Sequence record: NC_048054.1
Length of the DNA stretch: 64,000 nucleotides
Direction: 5' to 3' (one strand)
Position numbers and translations under genes: made by a program. The stretch's first letter is position 1; the number at the start of each line of letters is the position of its first letter. Positions 44,563-53,678 of this stretch are shown here, piece by piece. The notes below the pieces were generated by a model. That model was not told the origin of the DNA and did not search any database. It worked only from the letters and a program-made list of their open reading frames with translations.

Positions 44563-44566
44563 CACT

Positions 44567-45799
44567 ATGTCAAACGCAAATGCAAACCTGTTGAATGCCC
44601 GTGTACGTCGTCTGGATGGCACCACCACTTTCATCAACAAAGTAAACGCTAACGGTTATAGCACCGACGCGAAAGGTCCGCAGATTCCGGTGAAGCGTAT
44701 CGTGCTTGCTGGTAAAACTCTGAAAGAGATCGAACAGCCGTATGCGAAAGCCGAGCACGTTCTGATTGACGGCATCACCGTTAAGCTGAACAAGCGCCAG
44801 CAGAAAGATCTGCGCAACGACGAAATCGACGTTGACACTATCAAGCCTGACTTCGGCAATCTGGTCTACATCGACCCTGAGACAGGCAAGCCTGCTGTGA
44901 AAACTGCGAAAGTGAAAGGCGGCGTGAAAGCTACCCGCGAACGTAACAAAGACAAGCGCACCAAGAAAGAGCGTAAAGCAGAAGTCGCCGCATCGAAAGA
45001 CGAAATCGACGTACTGCCGTCTGATAAAGTTGATCGTAAAACTGAACTGGCTGGCATCATCGACGCAACCATCGCCGACGCGAATACGAAAGACCGTCGC
45101 AAGATGTTGAGCGAAGCGTTTGACATGGACTGGAAAGATGTGAAGAAACACGGCGGTGCTGGTGTTATCAAACACATGGGCCGCAAAGCTGCACAGACCG
45201 CAGTGAATCGCCTGAACGCCAGCGTAACGCAAGACACGTTCATCAAGCAGATGCCTGTCGCGTTGAAACGTCTGATTCAAGACGGCGCCCTGACGTTGAA
45301 TCGTTCGCAGATTGAGCGCGTACTTAGTGCGCTTGACCTCGACGTGAAATTCTACGATGTTGCCATTCAAACTCTGATGGGCAACCTCAAGCTGACTCTC
45401 GATAAGTCCATCGAGAACCCGAAAGTGAAATCAAAGAAGGCAAAGCATAAACTCGCCGTGCCTACTTACGCGTCTGAAAAGGAAATCAGCAAACGCATCC
45501 GCAAGATGACAATCAAGCTGATTAAGCCGAGCAAGAAAGATATGCCCGCGCTGAAAGAGCACTCGAAAGCATCGAAAGCGGTTATCGCTAAAAAGCTGGG
45601 TATCAAATCTTCTGACGTGAAGCGCGGCCTGATCGTGTACAAGCCGAACGGCGTTGAGTTGATGTTCCTGACTTGCGATATGACGGGTCCTGTCTTCATC
45701 GACAAAGACGGTGCCGAGAGTGTGATGGCCCATGCTAATGTGGACAGCACTTTCAATCTGACCCTGGGCAAAACTTCTGAACTGGACGCCAGCGTATGA
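44567..45799 (+). CDS. Lys-rich paralogue of 42847 ORF
   Basis: Start revised to ATG 44567; N-domain NLLNARVRRLDGT...GY...IPVKRIVLAGKTLKEIE versus NLVGKTIVLLNGT...GY...IATRCIIKEGSHFREIE. Confidence 0.9.
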   Translation: MSNANANLLNARVRRLDGTTTFINKVNANGYSTDAKGPQIPVKRIVLAGKTLKEIEQPYAKAEHVLIDGITVKLNKRQQKDLRNDEIDVDTIKPDFGNLVYIDPETGKPAVKTAKVKGGVKATRERNKDKRTKKERKAEVAASKDEIDVLPSDKVDRKTELAGIIDATIADANTKDRRKMLSEAFDMDWKDVKKHGGAGVIKHMGRKAAQTAVNRLNASVTQDTFIKQMPVALKRLIQDGALTLNRSQIERVLSALDLDVKFYDVAIQTLMGNLKLTLDKSIENPKVKSKKAKHKLAVPTYASEKEISKRIRKMTIKLIKPSKKDMPALKEHSKASKAVIAKKLGIKSSDVKRGLIVYKPNGVELMFLTCDMTGPVFIDKDGAESVMAHANVDSTFNLTLGKTSELDASV

Positions 45800-46176
45800 C
45801 AAACAACGAAATCGTTTTGTCTGGTGTGTTTGCGCAAATCTATTCGCGGCTGACAACGGCCGCGATACTGAAAACCTACGTGTATTACTCTGACCTGTCG
45901 CCTGCTGTGTTCGGTCTCCAGCTCAATGTGAGCACTGCACAATACCACGCGCTGTGGGAATTTGTTGTAAAGACCATGCGACTTGATATAGCTAACGGCC
46001 GCCCACCGTTAGCTGCGCTCTACGTATCACGGGCAAACGACGAGAAGGCTCCTGCGAAGAAGTTCTTCTCTGAATACTACAAGCTCACTGGGAAGCGCCT
46101 GACACTTGATGAATGGCAAGCACTCGTTGAACATGTGTGGAAATCATATGAGCCAGATCTTCGGGAGCCATCATGA
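45796..46176 (+). CDS. hypothetical protein
   Basis: 126-aa ORF, ATGA overlap. Confidence 0.75.
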   Translation: MTNNEIVLSGVFAQIYSRLTTAAILKTYVYYSDLSPAVFGLQLNVSTAQYHALWEFVVKTMRLDIANGRPPLAALYVSRANDEKAPAKKFFSEYYKLTGKRLTLDEWQALVEHVWKSYEPDLREPS

Positions 46177-46634
46177 AAAAGTCGAAAGTTGTAATTAGTC
46201 GTGGCGGCTACAGGCCGTCTTCACCAGAAGAAGCTCAGAAGCTGGTAGCTGAGTTTATTCTGGGTACTATCGGTGTTAACCCTACTGTTATCAGCCAGCA
46301 AATGTTGTTGAACATTGCGAACTACAATTACCTGACGTCTATCGCTGACACAGGTAAGGCTAATCAAGCGAACCAGAGCGCATTGCATAAAACTGTAAAA
46401 GAACTTAATGCGTTCTGTAGATTGCACAAGATTCCACTGGGATTACTAATTATGCCGCATACGTCGGACAGTGATTATGCTGGTGACGAGGTTGTAGCGA
46501 TTCCTTGGGAGCATGTGCGCACAAACGCATTGAGCCAGTCTGCCATCGAATCTCTGTTTGAAGTAGTTGTAGCCGATGGTTATCCGCAGTTTGTGACTGA
46601 TGCGAAAACAGTAGAGGGATACAATGTTTTATGA
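46173..46634 (+). CDS. hypothetical protein
   Basis: 153-aa ORF, ATGA overlap. Confidence 0.75.
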   Translation: MKKSKVVISRGGYRPSSPEEAQKLVAEFILGTIGVNPTVISQQMLLNIANYNYLTSIADTGKANQANQSALHKTVKELNAFCRLHKIPLGLLIMPHTSDSDYAGDEVVAIPWEHVRTNALSQSAIESLFEVVVADGYPQFVTDAKTVEGYNVL

Positions 46635-47904
46635 CCACGTATTCAACCACGACCAGAGACAGTTGCTCTTGTCGGTGGCTGAATCTAAATATCTGGTGCG
46701 GCTCGACTGCCCCGACTATTTGAAAAAGTCGAAACATGCAATTGAAGTTCGGCACACAGTAACCAACCGCGGCGAACAGCGTCGTAGCGGTACAATCACA
46801 ACTGCATTCGTACCTCGCATTCATTCCGCAACCGTTCAGCGGCTTGTTCGTGAGGTGCGTGATACCCAGAGCAAAAGCGCATCGTCCAGTCTGGCCGCGC
46901 TATTTGAGCTGGGGCTTGGTGTACCGAAGCAACATGACATTGCGGTGTACCTTAAAGACTACTGCCAGGAAAACGATAAGAAGGGTGTGGGTATCAAGTA
47001 TATCCGCAAACTGATTAACGAATACCACCGCAAGCATCGTCATAGCTTCGCGGGAAGTCGCTGGTTGATGCCTGCCGCATATACGGCGAACATGCTCAAC
47101 ATGCAGTCTTTCATTCATCTGAAAGAAGACGGCTATGCGAACAAGGTTAAAGTGCCTGACGGTATTCCTGTCGTGTTCATCTACCAGAACACGAATCATG
47201 AGCAAGCCACATTTACTTTGTGTGACGCATTCACGATAAGCCCGCTTGGTTATCCAATGCCGTTCGCACAGATAGCGTTACGACCTGAGTTCAAAGCTGC
47301 ACCGAAAGAGTTCAAGTCGAAAGCGTTGCGTGGTAAGAGCATGTATGCAATGGTCATGGGCATGGTTTACTGGACAGAAGGCGATTCTGTTTCTAACTTC
47401 CGTGAACTGCAAGATATCGACGACGACCCGTACCTGACGCTGCTGTCAAATGACAAGTACGCTGATCGCCGTAGCCCTGAATATCAGGCGCTGCTGGATG
47501 AACGTGTTGCGTTGAACGAGCAAGCACCGAAGTGGAACGCAGTGATTGCCAAGTACGGTAACACGACTCGAACGCTCAAGCCAGAGCAAGCCGAGAAACT
47601 CCAGAAAGCTAACGACTTCTTCCAGAGGCGTAAAGAGTTCATGGATGCTTTCGACAAGTTCGAGAAGAAAGAGAACCACCACGCCGCGAAGAAGTTCGCT
47701 GCTGCCCGTGCTCTGTTTGCTGCCGTAGATTGTGGTACTATCATGGACCGCAGTACGTACATGTCGGTATCGTCTGGTCTTGACGATGTGAATAAAATTC
47801 TCACTCGGTGGGGATTCACTACAGTCAACACTGTTAATAGTAGTTTGAAGAAGTCTATCCTTACTTACGACCGCAAAGGCGCAAGTCGCGTCTGGTCGCT
47901 GTAG
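46624..47904 (+). CDS. hypothetical basic protein
   Basis: 426-aa ORF, GAGGG RBS. Confidence 0.8.
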   Translation: MFYDHVFNHDQRQLLLSVAESKYLVRLDCPDYLKKSKHAIEVRHTVTNRGEQRRSGTITTAFVPRIHSATVQRLVREVRDTQSKSASSSLAALFELGLGVPKQHDIAVYLKDYCQENDKKGVGIKYIRKLINEYHRKHRHSFAGSRWLMPAAYTANMLNMQSFIHLKEDGYANKVKVPDGIPVVFIYQNTNHEQATFTLCDAFTISPLGYPMPFAQIALRPEFKAAPKEFKSKALRGKSMYAMVMGMVYWTEGDSVSNFRELQDIDDDPYLTLLSNDKYADRRSPEYQALLDERVALNEQAPKWNAVIAKYGNTTRTLKPEQAEKLQKANDFFQRRKEFMDAFDKFEKKENHHAAKKFAAARALFAAVDCGTIMDRSTYMSVSSGLDDVNKILTRWGFTTVNTVNSSLKKSILTYDRKGASRVWSL

Positions 47905-47910
47905 ACAACC

Positions 47911-47926
47911 TTATCTGAGGAGATAA
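47911..47926 (+). promoter_or_regulatory. SD-in-loop hairpin
   Basis: TTATC-TGAGGA-GATAA upstream of ATG 47932. Confidence 0.7.
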
Positions 47927-47931
47927 CACAA

Positions 47932-50900
47932 ATGTCTAATAATAACCTGGGCGCTGCTGCAACATTCGGCACTGAGACTCAACGCCAGATTGCTGACGAA
48001 CAACGTCGTGCTAATTCGTCTGAGTCCGGCCACATCAACAAATGTACCATCGTCGTTCTGACTTCGCTTAACGCACACGGCCGCTTCTCTTACATGAGCG
48101 CCAGCGAGCAACTGCATGAACGTCCGATCGAAGGCAAAGTGATGGATCGTCTGCCGAGCCTGATCGAACGCGCATCGGGTCCTTCGACCGACCAAAACAG
48201 CGCGTACTACATTCTGCATCCGAACAATGGTGTGCCTACTCGTATTGACGAGCGCATCAAAGTGGGTGAAGGTGATGCAGTCATCGTTTCGTATACTGTA
48301 AATAAAGCAGTGTCAGAGATGCACGGTAGTCTGTCGCTTGCTCTGTTCAGTGCTGGCGAAACAGATCTCGCAGACCTCGCAGCCGAGTTTGGTGTTCACT
48401 CAATCTCGATTGTCGAAGAAAGCAAAGCTGGTCCGTACATTCGCGCACTGGCTACGCAGGTGGAAAATCTGCAAACTGTAAATATCACGAGCATTGATGA
48501 AACTGACGGCGCTTTCGATAAAGCAGTAATCGACTACAGCGCGTTGCCGGCCAATCCTGTTACTGTGCTGTCCGGCGCTGTGCGTACTTTCATCATGCAA
48601 ACCATTAGCGGCGAGATCGTTGCTGCAATTCCAAATAACGGAGAACTGAACGTGAAACAACCTACCAACGCAACGCCTGTTAACCTGAACGAAGACTTCG
48701 ACGCAGAAGACGAAGTTGTTGATCAGCAGGAAGACGGCGAAGAAGAAGTTGCGGCCGGCACGGATCTGTTTGGCTACAAAGCGGAAACGCTGTCTGTTGA
48801 ACAAATGTCCGAAGCGCTTGAAGCTATCGGCTATACCCTGGACGCGATGAACGAAGACGGCATCCGTGAATCGTTCGAAACTGAACAGGCCATCTGGCTT
48901 GAAAAAGGCGAAAGCGCCGAAGACGACGAAGAAGAAGTTGACGGCGAAGCTGATGATGACGCCGAAGACGAAGAAGAAGCGGACGAAGAAGTAGAAGAAG
49001 ACTTCGACGCTGTTCAATTCCTCGCTTCTGTGCTGGTGGCCGAAGAGCTGGACCGCGCCGGTCTGAAAGTTCTGGTTCGCACTCAGGATATCACGGTGAT
49101 GAAGAAAGACACCGTTGAAACTCTGACTGCGAAGTTGCTGGAAGTTGTTGAAGGTGCGACTGAGCAGGAGATGATTGAACTGCTGAACACCTTCGTCGGC
49201 GCTCTGCAAGAGCACGAAATCGCCTGCCCTAACATGCTGGCCGCTCTGTCTTCTGATGAAGAAGACGAAGAAGATCTGGACGAAGAAGAATCCGATGAAG
49301 AAGAATCGGAAGACGACGAGTCCGAAGACGGCGAAGAAGAAGACGAAGATGAAGTGCAGCACCAGATTGACGCTGTTACCGATCCTCTCGACTACTTCCA
49401 GTTTGCTGGTGGTATGCTGACTGCCGAACAACGCGCCGCTGCTGTTACTGCTATGGGCGAAGACGCATCAACGATGACCATCGTTCAGGTAATGAAAGCG
49501 TTCACCCGCATTCAGGGTCAGGCCAACGAAGAAGTTGAAGCCGAAGAAGTTGAAACCTCTAACGCCGAGCAAGTTGTTGAACTGCTGCGCCAGTACGACG
49601 ACGCTACCATTCAGCACGTAGCTGAAAGCCTGGGCATTCTGGTCGATGAATGCGAAACCGCTGACGAAATGATCGAAGCGATCATTAACGGCGGTAGCGA
49701 AGATGACTTCGCTGCTGTTGAAGAAATCGCAACCAACTACGGTGTTGACCTGTCAGAGATTGCTGATGAAGACGGTCTGTCGTTTGTTGACGCGCTGCTG
49801 GCAGTGCTGCCTGAGTTCCTGGCTGATGACGAATCTGCTGATCAGGAAGACGAAGGCGAAAGCGAAAGCGACGAAGATGAAGAAGCCGACTTCGTGGAAG
49901 AAGAAGACGAAGAAGAAGACAGCGCCGAGCAGTCTGCTGAGTCTGAAACTAACGATCATCTGAAATTCGTTAAAGACGTTGACACTACCAACTCTGTCGG
50001 CCCGATGCTGTCTGTCGATATGGACCAGACGCTGATCATCAACTTCACTCTGACTGACGGCAACACCTACGGTCCGATTGAAAGCGAACTGTCCGACGTG
50101 AACGGCTTCAACTATCGCTACCCGTTCAATCTGGGTAAACCGGGTAAAGCGCCTGGTTCAATGCACCTGCCAGCCCAGTCTATTCTGGATATTCTGGAGC
50201 GCGTTGGTACTACTCGCTTCCTCGCTAACCCGAAAACGTTTGACATTGAAACGTGGGCAGAAAGTCTGGAGCAGACTATCAAGCAGGACCTCGATGCTAA
50301 CCTGTACGCTGGCCGCATCGAAGACGGCATGGACCCTACCGAAGCGGGTCTGATTGTTGGTGACTTCATCGACGAAGAAGAAATGGCTCAGGCTGCTGAG
50401 ATGGGCTATCTCGACGAAGACGGTCTGGACGAAATGCAGGGTGATCATCTGCCGCTGGCTAGCCTGTACAGTGCTAAGTCTCGCGTTCGTCCTGTTCAGG
50501 TTGACACCGCACACGTTGCGCTGCACACCACTGTGATGAACGTAGCTGTCCCAGGCTTCTGGGGTGACTCCGAAGTTTCGCGTCTGGTGCAGGCCGCTGT
50601 TAACCGCGTTATCTCTCTGGCTGAAACAGTCGAAGGTATCAAAGTGTACGCTGGCTTCACTATGGAGTCCGCTGCTCTGCTGAACAACGACCGCCTGTTC
50701 GAAGCGCTGACCGCACTGCGCGCCATGGAAAACGTACAGTCCTACTCTGCTGCTGACGCTGCAAACTTCGACGATGCCGAAGACGTGATCGAAGTAGCAA
50801 GTGCGCTGGACTCTCGTGACCTGCCTCTGGCTGTGCTGTCTGGTGGTCTGGCCGCTGCAACGTTCGACAACGGCGGTGACCTGACCGTGCTGGTGCTGTG

Positions 50901-50955
50901 TTCTCCTGAGGACGAAGACGACGAGTCCGCAGAAGACGAAGGCGACGACGAGTAA
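47932..50955 (+). CDS. large acidic modular protein (1007 aa)
   Basis: Globular-looking N- and C-terminal regions separated by several short helical modules and D/E linkers. Confidence 0.9.
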   Translation: MSNNNLGAAATFGTETQRQIADEQRRANSSESGHINKCTIVVLTSLNAHGRFSYMSASEQLHERPIEGKVMDRLPSLIERASGPSTDQNSAYYILHPNNGVPTRIDERIKVGEGDAVIVSYTVNKAVSEMHGSLSLALFSAGETDLADLAAEFGVHSISIVEESKAGPYIRALATQVENLQTVNITSIDETDGAFDKAVIDYSALPANPVTVLSGAVRTFIMQTISGEIVAAIPNNGELNVKQPTNATPVNLNEDFDAEDEVVDQQEDGEEEVAAGTDLFGYKAETLSVEQMSEALEAIGYTLDAMNEDGIRESFETEQAIWLEKGESAEDDEEEVDGEADDDAEDEEEADEEVEEDFDAVQFLASVLVAEELDRAGLKVLVRTQDITVMKKDTVETLTAKLLEVVEGATEQEMIELLNTFVGALQEHEIACPNMLAALSSDEEDEEDLDEEESDEEESEDDESEDGEEEDEDEVQHQIDAVTDPLDYFQFAGGMLTAEQRAAAVTAMGEDASTMTIVQVMKAFTRIQGQANEEVEAEEVETSNAEQVVELLRQYDDATIQHVAESLGILVDECETADEMIEAIINGGSEDDFAAVEEIATNYGVDLSEIADEDGLSFVDALLAVLPEFLADDESADQEDEGESESDEDEEADFVEEEDEEEDSAEQSAESETNDHLKFVKDVDTTNSVGPMLSVDMDQTLIINFTLTDGNTYGPIESELSDVNGFNYRYPFNLGKPGKAPGSMHLPAQSILDILERVGTTRFLANPKTFDIETWAESLEQTIKQDLDANLYAGRIEDGMDPTEAGLIVGDFIDEEEMAQAAEMGYLDEDGLDEMQGDHLPLASLYSAKSRVRPVQVDTAHVALHTTVMNVAVPGFWGDSEVSRLVQAAVNRVISLAETVEGIKVYAGFTMESAALLNNDRLFEALTALRAMENVQSYSAADAANFDDAEDVIEVASALDSRDLPLAVLSGGLAAATFDNGGDLTVLVLCSPEDEDDESAEDEGDDE

Positions 50956-50968
50956 TATCGTCTGATTG

Positions 50969-50995
50969 AGCGGCTCGAAAGGGCCGCTTACTTTT
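50969..50995 (+). terminator. Rho-independent terminator
   Basis: AGCGGCTC-GAAA-GGGCCGCT then TACTTTT. Confidence 0.8.
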
Positions 50996-51012
50996 CTCGG
51001 GGATCTGTAAAC

Positions 51013-51843
51013 ATGACACAAGAAGTAGATCACGAAGCTAACATCATTCAGATGCTTAGTAGCCGTGACGATAAAATCCGTGAACTGACCAACGAGCTTG
51101 AAGAAGCTGTTGGTGATAAGAAAGATGTGGAGAACGTCTTAGAGGACACAGTGCGCGGCAATACTGTGCTGCGTGTCGCACTCAGACGTAAAGTACGTCA
51201 ACACGCCGTTGAAATCTCACTGCGCGATGAACGCATTCGTGAAATCACTGGATTCTGCAACGAGCAGACCGAAGAAGTTCGCACACTGAAAGCTGAACTC
51301 GAATCTGTAAAGAGTAAACAGAAGCAAGCGAATCCTCTGCCGTTTGCCCTGCATATGATAATGTGTGCTGGTATTAGCCACTACCATAATGTCGTACAGC
51401 AACTCGCACACGGATCTGTAAACCGTGAAACGAACAAAGTGGCCAGAGCGCTTGCTGATTTGAACCGCACCGACGTGGTAGTCAAACAGCCTTCACTGTA
51501 TCGCTCTGTCGCAATGTATTGTTCTGCTGTTGGTGCCGACGCTCCTGCAAGCGCTGCTCTACTTGCCGAACTCAATAACTACATTCGAGCGAACATCGAC
51601 CTGTTCCTCAAAGATACCCAGTACGAACAGTCACGTAAAATGTTACACTGGGTGTGGGAGGCGAAGAACAACTCTGCTCATATGGGCTTCGCCGCACGTA
51701 ACATCTGTCAGGCCTTCGACTGGTTGCCTATCGCATTTGAGAGCGATGCTATTGACCATCTCGAAGATGACGATGATTACGAAGAATTGTTCTGTGAAAC
51801 ACTTCTGAAAATTTGTACGCATCTGATTCGTGATAGCTTTTAA
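51013..51843 (+). CDS. hypothetical protein with N-terminal coiled coil
   Basis: Heptad-rich first 105 aa; TCTGTAAACA directly upstream. Confidence 0.8.
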   Translation: MTQEVDHEANIIQMLSSRDDKIRELTNELEEAVGDKKDVENVLEDTVRGNTVLRVALRRKVRQHAVEISLRDERIREITGFCNEQTEEVRTLKAELESVKSKQKQANPLPFALHMIMCAGISHYHNVVQQLAHGSVNRETNKVARALADLNRTDVVVKQPSLYRSVAMYCSAVGADAPASAALLAELNNYIRANIDLFLKDTQYEQSRKMLHWVWEAKNNSAHMGFAARNICQAFDWLPIAFESDAIDHLEDDDDYEELFCETLLKICTHLIRDSF

Positions 51844-51943
51844 TAATCTGTAAAAGTTACCTGCAATCGAAACTGTAAACACTAATTGAAGTTCGAACCG
51901 AGCAACAAGCTCACACTTTATAAAATCCCGGAGCATTAAACAA

Positions 51944-52489
51944 ATGGCTAAAGTAACTAAAGGCACTTCACTGGCACCTACCCTGGCATCTCGCATCGCT
52001 AAAAAATCTGGTTCCATTAGCACCTCTAAAGTGAAGCCTGCTGAACTGCCGCACGACATTCTGATCGAAACAGTTCAGGCTGTTGAGCTGATTGGTTTCA
52101 TTACCGACCGCACCGATAACAGCGTGACCATTCGTCATAAAAAAGGCCACGGCTCTTCTGCGCAGATCATCTCAACCTTCGGTCCGAACCAAATCCTGTC
52201 TATCCTGGGCGATGCTGGCCAGCACGGTAGCGTTACTGCTCTGGTTAACGCGCCGGTTCGTGAGTACAAAGGCTTCACCGTCAAATACGTCGGCGCCATG
52301 ATTCACGCAACCTCTGTTGAAACTGGCGAAGTGATTCACATCAACACCGCACTGCCTGGCTTCAACGTTCGTCCTACTGTAAACGAAAACGCGGCCGCTA
52401 AGAAGTATGGCACCGCTGCTCCAACCAAAGCTAAGAAAGGCGATAAATCTGACAAGCCTGCGAAGCTGGTAAAGAAAGTAAAAAAGTAA
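51944..52489 (+). CDS. hypothetical beta-rich protein with Lys-rich termini
   Basis: GGAG RBS; basic N- and C-terminal tails; preceded by CTGTAAA motifs. Confidence 0.85.
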   Translation: MAKVTKGTSLAPTLASRIAKKSGSISTSKVKPAELPHDILIETVQAVELIGFITDRTDNSVTIRHKKGHGSSAQIISTFGPNQILSILGDAGQHGSVTALVNAPVREYKGFTVKYVGAMIHATSVETGEVIHINTALPGFNVRPTVNENAAAKKYGTAAPTKAKKGDKSDKPAKLVKKVKK

Positions 52490-52638
52490 TAAAGTCTGAC
52501 GAAGACTTTTAACTGACTTTCTGAAATCTGTAAACATTAAGTATGCAGCGAGATAAAATGTTCTCGCTGCCTGTCTCTCGAAATCTGTAAATCTTAATTG
52601 AAGCAACGTCGCTTCTAATCAAACAGGAAAAACAAATC

Positions 52639-53460
52639 ATGGCTAAAGCTGCTAAAGCAACCGTTAACACCGCATCTCTGGTTCTGGCTAAAATGCTGGG
52701 TGTTGTAGTAGAGAACGCGACTGACAAAGAAATCGCTGCGCTGCTCACCTCTGCCGGCCTGACCGTGTCTGGTGGCAAAGTTGTTAAAGCTGACAAAGGC
52801 GGTAAAGCTGCTAAAGGCAAAAAGTCTAAGGCACCAACCGTTGCTGAAATCGTCGCTGCTGTGAAAGACGAAGAAGAACTGGATATCTCCGGCGTCGATG
52901 AAGACACTCTGCGCGAAGCAGTTGTCAAAGCCAAACTGTCTACCGCCAAGAAAGCTAAAGCGCTGGACGAAGACGAACTGCGCGAACTGCTGAACGATAA
53001 CCTGGGCGGCGAGTCCGAAGAGGACGAAGACGAAGACGAAGAAGAGGACGACGAAGACGAGGACGAAGACGACTCGGACGACGAAGATGAAGACGGCGAC
53101 GACGACGAAGACGAAGACGACGAAGACTCTGATGATGAAGAAGAGGACGACGAAGACGGCGACGACGACGACGACGAAGACGAAGACGACGAGGACGAAG
53201 AAGAGGACGACGAAGACGAAGATGAAGACGAGGACGAAGATGATGAACTCGACCTCGATTCACTCGACGAAGACGAACTCCGCGCCCTGGTAATCGAACA
53301 CAAGCTGGCCACCGCCAAAAAGGCGAAGAAAATGGACGAAGATGAACTGCGCGAACTCTGCGAAAGTCACTTCGGTGGTGAAGACGACGAAGACGACGAA
53401 GACGAAGATGAAGACGACGAAGACTTCGACGATGAAGACGAAGACGAAGACGACGAATAA
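52639..53460 (+). CDS. hyperacidic low-complexity protein with two HeH-like modules
   Basis: AGGA RBS; basic N-terminus; two copies of DED(T/E)LR...KL(S/A)TAKKAK..DEDELREL flanking an ~80-residue near-pure D/E tract. Confidence 0.9.
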   Translation: MAKAAKATVNTASLVLAKMLGVVVENATDKEIAALLTSAGLTVSGGKVVKADKGGKAAKGKKSKAPTVAEIVAAVKDEEELDISGVDEDTLREAVVKAKLSTAKKAKALDEDELRELLNDNLGGESEEDEDEDEEEDDEDEDEDDSDDEDEDGDDDEDEDDEDSDDEEEDDEDGDDDDDEDEDDEDEEEDDEDEDEDEDEDDELDLDSLDEDELRALVIEHKLATAKKAKKMDEDELRELCESHFGGEDDEDDEDEDEDDEDFDDEDEDEDDE

Positions 53461-53678
53461 TATCTTCTGACCGGCGCGCCCCTCTAGTTCTCTGTGAATG
53501 AGCGAGGGGCAAATATTCGAGTTAAAATGATTCGAATATTTTTGTAAAAAGTTTCAAAATTCCTTGCAGACGTATGTTGAATATAATAATGTACGTCTAC
53601 AGGGAAACAAACCTGAACAAATTTATCTTTCATCCAGCGGTGAAAACGCCGCATCAAAAACAAAGTAAGGAATATCGT

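Noticed and set aside
48400-51033. Minus-strand ORFs of 343 aa and 291 aa, and similar ones at 14783..15685, 44570..45370, 53484..54185
   Set aside because: Each lies wholly opposite a well-supported + strand gene; the Phe/Val-rich composition is what the reverse complement of biased codons gives.
53000-53460. Tandem GACGAAGAC-type nucleotide repeats resembling an array
   Set aside because: Irregular period and in-frame coding for D/E; no constant repeat with unique spacers, so not CRISPR. No CRISPR array was seen anywhere in the window.
52509-53512. Long minus-strand poly-Ser (52509..53318) and Arg-rich (52955..53512) ORFs
   Set aside because: They are antisense shadows of the GAY/GAR codon run in 52639..53460; no RBS and they oppose the uniform + strand organisation.
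53564-53590. Possible sigma70 promoter TTGCAG...TATAAT upstream of the H1-like gene
   Set aside because: Spacing is only 12 nt to TATAAT and the conserved upstream element is absent; AT-rich and suggestive but not supportable.
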